From positions 96,001 to 160,000 of the IMG/VR virus record IMGVR_UViG_3300031867_000005: a stretch of 64,000 bases of DNA. The stretch is one strand, 5' to 3'. How positions within the stretch are numbered: the first letter of the stretch is position 1; the number at the start of each line of letters is the position of its first letter. The translations under genes and the position numbers were made by a program. This stretch comes from a virus. Lineage: Duplodnaviria; Caudoviricetes. Shown here one piece after another: positions 51,599 to 60,402 of the stretch. The notes beneath the pieces are model-generated. The model was not told the DNA's origin and did no database searches. It saw only the letters and a list, made by a program, of their open reading frames with translations.

Positions 51599-53014
51599 AT
51601 GAAGAATAAGATTAAAGAGAATTTTCCTACCGCCGCAGTTAATAAAAATAAAGATAGCACTGCCCTCTTAACTTTTTTAGAACTAAGTTCAGAGGTAAAA
51701 AGTTGGTTATTGTCTAAATATACAATGGAGGATGGGAGAATTGATGCTTTTGGGATTTCTGAATATGTAAAACATTATCGTTTAAAGTCTGATGAATGGA
51801 ACATAAGATTACTTGAAGCTCGTCATTCTAAAAAAGGAGCTATCACACTATTGACAAAAGTTAAAATTGAATTTGATTATGCAAATGATTTAATTTGTTT
51901 TTCTCTCCCTGAATATGGTTTTCCAAAAAAAGCTGGAGAGGCAATAGTTGATTGGAGTGTAGTTTCTGAATATAAAAAGTATCTTTTAACCCCTGATGCA
52001 ACATGGGGGGAAATCTGCATTAATTACAATTGCGGAGTTTTGGAATTAATTGACTTTAAACCTCTTTGTCCTTATACTTTTGATTTAGCAGTTTATAGAC
52101 AAGGCCGCAAAAATTTCTCAATAGAAGAATGGATTGATTTATTATTGGGGTCTTTAAATTTTAACCCTAACGGATTTGATTCTACGGAACAAAAACTAAC
52201 TCTTCTTCAGCGTTTCTTACCCTTTGTTGAAAAAAGATTGAATACAATTGAGCTTGCCACAAAAGGAACGGGAAAATCTTATTGTTATTCTCAGCTTTCT
52301 CCTAAAACGTGGTGTGTAAGTGGCGGCACTGTAACTCGTGCAACTGCATTTTATGATATGACAAGAAAAAAAGTAGGTTATTTTGGTAATAATTCTCAGG
52401 TAATTTTTGATGAAATTCAGACAATTAAATTTCCTAACCCTGAAGAGATAGGTGGGGCTTTGAAATCTTATCTTGAAAGTGGTGAAATTAGATGCGGAGC
52501 TTTTGAGGGAATGGCAGATTCTGGGTTGACTTTGGTTGGTAATATTCCAGTAGATTCTATGGATATAAAAGAGAAAAATATGTTTAAAACGCTTCCAAAG
52601 GTATTCCATGAATCAGCTTTAATTGATAGATTTCATGGGATTATTGAAGGATGGAAAATTCCAAGGATGAATGAAGAATTAAAAATGGAGGGATGGTCTC
52701 TTTCAACTGATTATATTGTGAAAATATTCGACCAGCTAAGAGAAGAATTCTATTATAGAGCTATCGTTGATGAGTTGATAAAAACTGACGGAAAAGCTGA
52801 TACAAGAAATTTAGAAGCCGTAAAAAGAATTGCAACTGCTTTCTTAAAATTATTATTCCCCCATGTAACTTCTGCAAAAGAAATTGATAAAGAAGATTTT
52901 AAAAAATATTGTGTAGAACCAGCGGTTAAAATGCGTGAGGCTGTACTTTCTCAATTAAAAATTCTTGATAAAGAATATGAAGATAAACAAATGCCTAAAA
53001 TAAGAATTGACTAA
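51599..53014 (+). CDS. BrxL-like AAA+ ATPase without a Lon protease domain
   Basis: RKNFSIEEWIDLLL, RFLPFVE, ELATKGTGKS, FDEIQ, ALIDRFHG..GWKIP, DTR..AVKR. Confidence 0.7.
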   Translation: MKNKIKENFPTAAVNKNKDSTALLTFLELSSEVKSWLLSKYTMEDGRIDAFGISEYVKHYRLKSDEWNIRLLEARHSKKGAITLLTKVKIEFDYANDLICFSLPEYGFPKKAGEAIVDWSVVSEYKKYLLTPDATWGEICINYNCGVLELIDFKPLCPYTFDLAVYRQGRKNFSIEEWIDLLLGSLNFNPNGFDSTEQKLTLLQRFLPFVEKRLNTIELATKGTGKSYCYSQLSPKTWCVSGGTVTRATAFYDMTRKKVGYFGNNSQVIFDEIQTIKFPNPEEIGGALKSYLESGEIRCGAFEGMADSGLTLVGNIPVDSMDIKEKNMFKTLPKVFHESALIDRFHGIIEGWKIPRMNEELKMEGWSLSTDYIVKIFDQLREEFYYRAIVDELIKTDGKADTRNLEAVKRIATAFLKLLFPHVTSAKEIDKEDFKKYCVEPAVKMREAVLSQLKILDKEYEDKQMPKIRID

Positions 53015-53249
53015 TAATTCTTTTGACTTTTTTCAAAAAATATGATATAATTTTATTATAAAAGATAAAGAAAAGTTATAAAAGTAGTAAAAAGTATAAG
53101 AATAAAGTTGAAGGAGAGATTAGTATGATTATTGGATTTTTAATAGCTATTCTTTTAGCAATCCATTTTTGGTTGCTAATTAGATGTGCTATTTTAATAA
53201 AGGAGTTTAAGGAAGAAGACAACATTGAAAAAGAAAAGGAGGAATTTAA

Positions 53250-53579
53250 ATGTATAAAGTAACTAATTTGGAAACAGGAGAAAAGAAAGAATATTCAGAC
53301 CTTGAAGATTTTTTAGACGATATTAAAACAGATGAAACTATTATTGAATGGTTAGATGAGATTTATCCGTCTGTCGAAGTTCCATTTATTGGAGAAATAC
53401 CCTCTGGTGAACTTATTTACAAATTGACGAATTGGAACAAAAATGATAAGAGCGTAGATTGGAATGTTTTGGAAGAAAGCTGGATGGATATGGAAACAGA
53501 GTTCATTCAATCTGAATTATCTTATGGGGTTGATGAAATGGATTATGGCTGTTATAGAATTAATGAAATTTCAGAGTAA
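53250..53579 (+). CDS. Acidic hypothetical protein
   Basis: Strong RBS and ORF. Confidence 0.55.
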   Translation: MYKVTNLETGEKKEYSDLEDFLDDIKTDETIIEWLDEIYPSVEVPFIGEIPSGELIYKLTNWNKNDKSVDWNVLEESWMDMETEFIQSELSYGVDEMDYGCYRINEISE

Positions 53580-53656
53580 AGTATACCTTAAATAAAAATA
53601 GTAAGAACTTTAAGTATATAATATAAGAGTGATAAAACTCATATATTATATACAAT

Positions 53657-53705
53657 GGGTCTGTATTAGGTTCGACAGGTGTTCGAAGATTTTATAAGCG
53701 AGCAA
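53657..53705 (+). ncRNA. tmRNA-5'-end-like fragment
   Basis: GGGTCTGTATTAGGTTCGACAGG...GCGAGC resembles ssrA 5' ends; no matching 3' T-arm or CCA seen. Confidence 0.35.
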
Positions 53706-53753
53706 CTTATGGCGGATGGACAAGAATGGACTATAATGTATTTATTAAAAAGG

Positions 53754-54290
53754 GTGATTAAAACGGAAATTAAAGAGATGTCGCAAGAATATACTTCTAT
53801 GAATACGTGTCATAATCGCTTTAAGCTCCCCAATCTTTTTAGGTTGGGGAAGTTTAGAGAGGGGACAACATGTGTAGATTATGGTGGCGGTGCTTATGAT
53901 ACGGTTGAAGAATTTTTAGCTACAAAAGGGGTTAAGGGTTATTGTTATGACCCCTACAATAGAACTCCAGCTCACAACCAAGCTGTGATTGATGCAGTTT
54001 CTCAGCTCAATGGCGTGGACTATGTTTGTAGTTCAAACGTTTTGAATGTGATAAAGGAAAAAGAAGTCCGACTTAATGTAATTCGAAACATGAGTATGAT
54101 GGGAAAAGATGATGCAACTTTCTACTTCGTAACTTATGAGGGAGATAGAACTGGTATCGGAAAGGAGTCAACTAAAGGTTGGCAGAACAACAAGAGAACC
54201 AAGGAATATATACCTGAGATTCAGGAGTTCTTTGAGGACGTTAAAATAAATGGTTTCTTTATAACCGCCAAAGGCAAAAAGTCTATTTGA
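53754..54290 (+). CDS. Class I SAM-dependent methyltransferase
   Basis: VDYGGG, YDPYN, SNVLNVI. Confidence 0.7.
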   Translation: MIKTEIKEMSQEYTSMNTCHNRFKLPNLFRLGKFREGTTCVDYGGGAYDTVEEFLATKGVKGYCYDPYNRTPAHNQAVIDAVSQLNGVDYVCSSNVLNVIKEKEVRLNVIRNMSMMGKDDATFYFVTYEGDRTGIGKESTKGWQNNKRTKEYIPEIQEFFEDVKINGFFITAKGKKSI

Positions 54291-54359
54291 CTTTCTTTAA
54301 AAATTATGATATAATTTTTATAGTAAGAAAGAAAAGACACCTTTAAAAGGAGGATGCTT

Positions 54360-54830
54360 ATGGGATTGGATTATTCGATCAATTTGAGAGTTAAGAACAT
54401 CAAGGAGAACACAATCCATGAAATTGAACTCGCTTATTGGCGCAAGTGTTATGGTATCCGTGACTGCCTTCATTCTCTCATCACCAAATTAGGGAAGAGT
54501 GTAAATGGGGATGACTATGAGTCTATTTGTAGCACTAGACATTTCTCAAAGATTATTGAAGCTCTGCTTAAAGAGATGGCAGACTTAGATTCTGACCTAT
54601 GGAGTGATTCCTTGTGGGGCGCGGCAATCACACGCAACATTACATATGAGAACTTGAAGGTTCTGAGTCAAATGCAAGACATCTTTAGTTCTCCCTCGCC
54701 ACAGAGACGGAAAGAAAAATTCTTAGATATAGTAGATGATTCTCTTCTTCCACAAGAAATCATTGAGCATATGGCGTTAATCGACTGGGAACATTCTCTC
54801 TTTGAAATTGTTTCTTATAATTCGTATTAA
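54360..54830 (+). CDS. Hypothetical protein, tandem paralog A
   Basis: MGLDY...ELAYWRKCYGIRD...YNSY. Confidence 0.7.
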   Translation: MGLDYSINLRVKNIKENTIHEIELAYWRKCYGIRDCLHSLITKLGKSVNGDDYESICSTRHFSKIIEALLKEMADLDSDLWSDSLWGAAITRNITYENLKVLSQMQDIFSSPSPQRRKEKFLDIVDDSLLPQEIIEHMALIDWEHSLFEIVSYNSY

Positions 54831-54916
54831 GAAAGATAATTTGATTTTTCTCATTTTTTATGATATAATTATTATAGTAAATGAGAAAAATGTGCTTTAA
54901 AAAAGGAGAAGATTTT

Positions 54917-55444
54917 ATGAGTTTGAATTATAAGATTTCTTTAAGAGTAAAAAATCATAAGGAAAATACGGTTCGTGAAATCGAGCTTGCTTACTGGCGA
55001 AAGTGTGATGGTATTCGTGACCGTCTGCATCCGTTAATTGCAAATTTAGGAAAATGGAAAGATGAAGATGAAAATTATGAAGCAGTATGTAGCACAAGTC
55101 ATTTTCGTGAAATAATTAATGCTCTTTGTGAAGAATTAACAATTTTTGATTCTACTTTATGGAGAGATTCTTTTTGGAGTGGAGAAGTAACACGAAATAC
55201 TACATATGAAAATCTAAAGGTTTTAACTCAAATGCAAAGTCTCTTTAGTTCTCTTTTGCCCGCACAAAGGCGAGAGAAGTTTATGAGAATGGTGGATGAC
55301 GGTTCTCTTTCAGATGCTTTAATTGAGACTCTTGCTTTAGTTGATTGGGAGAACTCTACTTTTGAATTGTTTCTTACAATTCCTATTAAGAATGTTTATT
55401 TGACATTTTTAAAAAAGTATGATATAATTTTTATAGAGAGTTGA
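54917..55444 (+). CDS. Hypothetical protein, tandem paralog B, with a 3' frameshift
   Basis: ELAYWRKCDGIRD; 1-nt deletion near 55366 relative to paralog A. Confidence 0.65.
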   Translation: MSLNYKISLRVKNHKENTVREIELAYWRKCDGIRDRLHPLIANLGKWKDEDENYEAVCSTSHFREIINALCEELTIFDSTLWRDSFWSGEVTRNTTYENLKVLTQMQSLFSSLLPAQRREKFMRMVDDGSLSDALIETLALVDWENSTFELFLTIPIKNVYLTFLKKYDIIFIES

Positions 55445-55470
55445 GGAAAGAAACTTTTAGGAGGTTGCTT

Positions 55471-57815
55471 ATGAAGAAAGAAAAAGTTTTAGTACAGGTT
55501 ATGGATGGTGAATATGCTGGTCGTAAAGGTTACTATTATAAAGGTTCAGCAATTCGCACAAAGACTGGGACTTGTGTAATGTGGTATTCAGAAGAGGGTA
55601 AGAGTCCTTATCGTTCGGCAGTTCTTTTGAAGAATCTTCAACCAATTAAAAGTTAATTTGACTTTCATAAAAAATATGATATAATATTTATAGAAAGTTA
55701 AATAAAAGCCTGTTCCTCTTAATTGAGGAGAAAGTGAGGATTTATGAATTATATTTGGATTGTTAGATATGCAGAAGATGACGATATAGAGGTATTTAAT
55801 AACCCCACTGCTGCATATGATTGCTGTGTAGAATATATTAAAACTTTAATAACAAATAAAAATGTTATTAAAGAATGCCTTGAAGAACTTCGAACACATT
55901 TTCTTAATGACTCATCTGATTTTTGGTGCGATTCAATTTGTGAATGTTGGAAGCAAGAAATTAAAAGTTAATTTGACTTTCATTAAAAAATATGATATAA
56001 TTTTTATAGAAAGTTAAGGAAAAGAACTCTTTGCTAGGAAAAGCGTAAGAACCTGTTCAGCCCGACGAGAGTGAAGTAGAACGGTGTATCAAGGAAAAGA
56101 ATCAAACCCGACCTTGGCAGGTATTGCGTAAGAAATAGCTAGTCTCAAAATTTTTAGTCTTATTTCTTTAAGGAGGAACTGTGTATGAATATGAATTTTG
56201 TTAAAGAATTTCAGGTGGAAGCAAACGCTCAGAAGTATGCTAAGGCTGTAAAAGGTAAGGTTCAGGTTCGTTACGAATGGGATTCTATGAGAAATAAGGT
56301 TGTTAAAATTTATATCGTTAAATATTAAAGATATACTCCTAAGCAAGAGTTTAAACTGCTTGCCAATATGAAAATTAATTTGACTTTTCTTAAAAAGTAT
56401 GATATAATTTTTATAGTAAAAAGAAAAGTCTACCTTTGAAAGGCGGTAAATTTATGGGATATTATACTTCTTATAATTTGAAAGTTACTCCTCGTGTTGA
56501 GCCGTGTGACAGTGACTTAATTGAAATTGCAAAAATGATTGACATCATTTTTGATGACGTTATTTTTGGTGACTTAGAACTGATGTATATTAAAGAACAC
56601 AACATCATTGATGTATTTTTCGAGCGTAAGGAAGATGGAATTTCATACATCCTTGCAAGAGTTTCTGAGATGTTTCCTGAATATACTTTTTATCTTGAAG
56701 GACGTGGAGAGTTCTTTCCCGCTGATTGGTGGGTACAATATTATAAGAATGGAGAACGTAGTAAGAAAATATTTTCAGTCATTAAAAGTCCTGATGATAT
56801 TGCGAATGGTATACTTGAAGAAAAATTTTTAAAGAATGATTGACTTTATTTAAAAAGTATGATATAATTTATATGTAAGATAAAGAAAATGTCTCTTTTG
56901 AAAGGAGAAAAGCTTATGGAAAATAAAGTTTTAAAGGTTACTTATGGTAAAGCTGATAGCCGTGTGTGGAAAAATCGTTTTGATGATTACAAACGAGCAA
57001 GAGCCTTTGCAAAGGCAAATGGTGCTAAAGTTGAACGAACTAATGATTCCGTTATGAAGTATGTTGTTTATACCGTTGGCGAGGGTATGAAAGCTTAATA
57101 ATTTGACCTTTCTCAAAAAATATGATATAATATTAAAGGAGACCAAAACTTCTTCCAGTGAGTTTTACGAAGCGAGTGCCTGCGTTGGCTTTAATTTTAG
57201 AACTGGAAAAACAAAATAATAATTTGACCTTTCTCAAAAAAATATGATATACTATCATTATAGTAAATGAGAAAAGTCGCATACCGAACGAAGTTCGGAG
57301 AAATGGAGATTTATATGACTGCTATTACTATGAGAGCTTTTATGACTGCTATGATTACTGGTGAATTGGTTATTAATACCAAGAATGAGAAAGATGAGAT
57401 TGTTCAAGTTACTAAGTCCATTTTTAATGAAGATGGAACTTTGATTTCTGAAATTACCGACTACGCAAATGAACAAATTGTTAAGTTGGATAAGAAGAAT
57501 AATGCTAAGAAAGACTCGACAAAGAAGACTCCTAAGCAAATCGAAAATGACACAATTCGTGAAACAATCTTAGATATGATGGAAGAAGGTATTACTTATA
57601 CTTCTCGTGATATTATTGATTTTAATATCGATGGAGTAGCTACTACTCAAAAAGTAACAGCTTTGATGAAGGTTTTGGTAGCAGAAGGAAAAGTTGAAGT
57701 GAATGATGTAAAGACAGCAAGTTCAAAAGGTAAGGTAAAGGGTTATAGTATTGTTGTTAAGGAAGCGGAAAAGACAGAAGAGGCAGAGAAAAATGAAACA
57801 GAAGAAACAGAATAA
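55471..57815 (+). CDS. Array of small promoter-led early genes (55471-55656, 55744-55971, ~56190-56328, 56454-56843, 56916-57098, 57315-57815)
   Basis: Each preceded by TTGAC-17-TATAAT and an RBS; the last has a wHTH-like TTQKVTALMKVLV segment. Confidence 0.6.
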
Positions 57816-57843
57816 TATAGAGAGGAGCTATGCTCCTCATGAT

Positions 57844-57920
57844 GAGTCAATAGCTCAGTTGGATAGAGCATCTGTCCTTTAAACAGAGGGTCATGGGTTC
57901 AATTCCCATTTGACTCACCA
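57844..57920 (+). tRNA. tRNA with TTT anticodon on an Arg-like body (C33)
   Basis: GAGTCAA/TTGACTC-ACCA; TCTGT-CCTTTAA-ACAGA; D-loop AGTTGGATA. Confidence 0.8.
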
Positions 57921-58112
57921 ACTACAACTACAATTAAATATTTTCCTTTATAATAGTCGTTCTATTTAGTTCTAGTTATTATTTAACTAAAAACTTTATA
58001 GAACGACTTTTGTTTTATCAAAAGGAGAAAAACTTGTTTGACATTTTCCTTTTTATATGGTATAATATATATAGTAAAAAGGAAAAGTGTCGCTTTGAAA
58101 GGAGAAAATGAA

Positions 58113-58835
58113 ATGAACATTAGTGAATATATTAAAAAGTACGAGGAAACTGAGCAATATCGAGTAATTATGAACACAATTAAACAAGACCATTACTCCT
58201 ATTGTGGAGATACGATTTATGATGAAGAAATTCTCGATAGAATGCTTAAGGAGGTTAATGATATTTCTTCTGAGGATGATATAGATTATGCAAATGGCGC
58301 AACTAAAGTAGTTATTATCTACAATGAAATAGTCATTAAAAAAACTTTTACTGGTTATATTGATTTTTCTGCTGAGGGTGATGAAGTAGAACTCATAGAT
58401 TATGACATGAAAAACCAAGATTCATACGACTATTCACCCGATTATTGTGCACTTGAATCAGTTGTGTATGAGGAAGCCTTTTTAAAAGGATTACAGGATT
58501 TTTTTGCAGAGGTAATTCAAGTTTCAAAAAATGTATACGCTCAACTTCGAACTGACCATACTTTAAGTGGCTTTTTCCTTATTGAAGATTTGGGATTAAC
58601 AAAAATAGATGTTGAGGAAATTCGTGAAGAATACGGTTTTGAACCTTTAATTCCAGACTATGCTATTGCTTGGTGGTTTATTCACAAAACATCTGAGCAT
58701 TTACAAACTTTTTCAGATTTTTTATATGACCACAAAATAAATGATTTACATTCTTCAAATATAGGTTTCTTTAATGGAGAAATAAAATTATTTGACTATT
58801 CTGGATATAATTCTGGAACTGAAAATACGTTTTAG
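58113..58835 (+). CDS. Protein-kinase-like protein 2
   Basis: NGATKVV, VIKK, DYCALE, NDLHSSNIG, KLFDYSG. Confidence 0.7.
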   Translation: MNISEYIKKYEETEQYRVIMNTIKQDHYSYCGDTIYDEEILDRMLKEVNDISSEDDIDYANGATKVVIIYNEIVIKKTFTGYIDFSAEGDEVELIDYDMKNQDSYDYSPDYCALESVVYEEAFLKGLQDFFAEVIQVSKNVYAQLRTDHTLSGFFLIEDLGLTKIDVEEIREEYGFEPLIPDYAIAWWFIHKTSEHLQTFSDFLYDHKINDLHSSNIGFFNGEIKLFDYSGYNSGTENTF

Positions 58836-58944
58836 TTTAGCATTACAATTTTCTTAATATAAAGAAAAGCTTCTTTGACTTTCTTTAAAAAATATGATAT
58901 AATATATATAGAAAGTTAAAGAAAAGAACGAGGAGGATATTTGT

Positions 58945-59646
58945 ATGGTAAGTGTTGATGAGTTGTTGGGTCAATATGGAAATACAAAAGCTGGTTTGAT
59001 TTTATGGGATATGGTTTATCTTCTTCAAAAAGAGGAATACTATAGCTGGGATGGTGGGATTTATAACGAAGACGAATTAGTCATGGCAGAAATTACTTCT
59101 GAAATTCCTTTTAACGTTGATTGCGGGGCAACAAGAGTTTGCATTATTTTTAAGAGTTTAGTCTTAAAAAAGAATTTCTCTGGGAAGGTCTGTTTTGATG
59201 ATGAACTTGATGATTTTGATGTAGATAATCCAATCGAATATGATACTGACTATTGCAAGACAGAAGAAAAAGTATATCAAGAAGCATTGAAAGAAGGGCT
59301 GGAAGAATTTTTTGCAGAAATTCAAGAAATTGGCAATGGAGTGTATGCCCAACCAACTTGCGAAAAAACAATCTATGATAGTGATTACTATAAAGACTTT
59401 GGAAAAATGTATTCAGAAGAAGTTCATGATTATCTCAATTATATTTTTAATTACAAAATTCCTACAGAAGTTCTTAATTATTGGGCAAGAACAAAAAGAA
59501 TTGGTCAGTTAAGAAAGCTTGCTGAGTTTCTTAAAGCTCACAAAATTAATGATTTACATAGAGAAAATATGGGATGGTTTGGAGATGAGATAAAGTTATT
59601 TGATTATTGTGGTTTTGATTCAAAAACTGAAAAAACCTTTATTTGA
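58945..59646 (+). CDS. Protein-kinase-like protein 3
   Basis: CGATRVC, VLKK, DYCKTE, NDLHRENMG, KLFDYCG. Confidence 0.7.
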   Translation: MVSVDELLGQYGNTKAGLILWDMVYLLQKEEYYSWDGGIYNEDELVMAEITSEIPFNVDCGATRVCIIFKSLVLKKNFSGKVCFDDELDDFDVDNPIEYDTDYCKTEEKVYQEALKEGLEEFFAEIQEIGNGVYAQPTCEKTIYDSDYYKDFGKMYSEEVHDYLNYIFNYKIPTEVLNYWARTKRIGQLRKLAEFLKAHKINDLHRENMGWFGDEIKLFDYCGFDSKTEKTFI

Positions 59647-59789
59647 CTTTTCTCATCATGTATGATATAATTTTTATAGTAAAAAGAGGTAATTAAAAAG
59701 TAAGAATCATTAGTTTTGTTGAGTAAGATAAGGAAGTAGTTTATGTCTGCGGTTGATTAATACTTTTGTTACTCAGAGGAGGTAGCTTA

Positions 59790-60176
59790 ATGATTAGATT
59801 TGTAGATGAATGTGTTTGCTGTGATCTGCCATGCATTGATTGCGGTCGCAAGAATGTAGAGAGAGTATATTGTGATGTATGTGATGAAATGATTGGTGAT
59901 GTATATTATGAAGTAGACGGAGAGGATTTATGTCCTGATTGTGTGACTTCTGTTCTTATTAGTCGATATTTGAACACAAGCTCTTTAAGGAAAGATTATT
60001 ATGAATATTCTCTTAAGTGTGACGACAGTTTTACTGAGAGAGAAATTGAAGATTCCGTTAGAAGATTCGAGAGTTTAAATGAAGAGAATCAATTTGCAGA
60101 GCTTTATCAAGAAGATTCAGAAATGATTGCTGAATTTGCTGAGGTTGATATAAAAAAGAGAAATATTGGAGATTAA
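59790..60176 (+). CDS. Cys-rich Zn-finger protein
   Basis: CVCCDLPC, CDVC, LCPDC. Confidence 0.6.
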   Translation: MIRFVDECVCCDLPCIDCGRKNVERVYCDVCDEMIGDVYYEVDGEDLCPDCVTSVLISRYLNTSSLRKDYYEYSLKCDDSFTEREIEDSVRRFESLNEENQFAELYQEDSEMIAEFAEVDIKKRNIGD

Positions 60177-60241
60177 TGAATGAAGTTCGTTAAATAGCTT
60201 TATAGCAGAATATTGTCTTATAGAAAGGAAGAGTAAAGCAT

Positions 60242-60366
60242 ATGAATAAATATGAACTTGCGGAAATTATTAGAAAACACGAAATGTGGTTGAATGGAAC
60301 TAATGTGGTTCTGGAATTCATTTTTTCATTAACCGTCAAGAGGCTGTTGATTTCACAATGTTTTAA
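60242..60366 (+). pseudogene. Internally deleted pentapeptide-repeat/DUF5758-type gene
   Basis: N-terminal MNKYELAEIIRKHEMWLNG fused out of frame to C-terminal CGSGIHFFINRQEAVDF. Confidence 0.55.
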
Positions 60367-60402
60367 GGTTTTAAAATAACTTAATTAGTAAGAGGTAATA
60401 GT

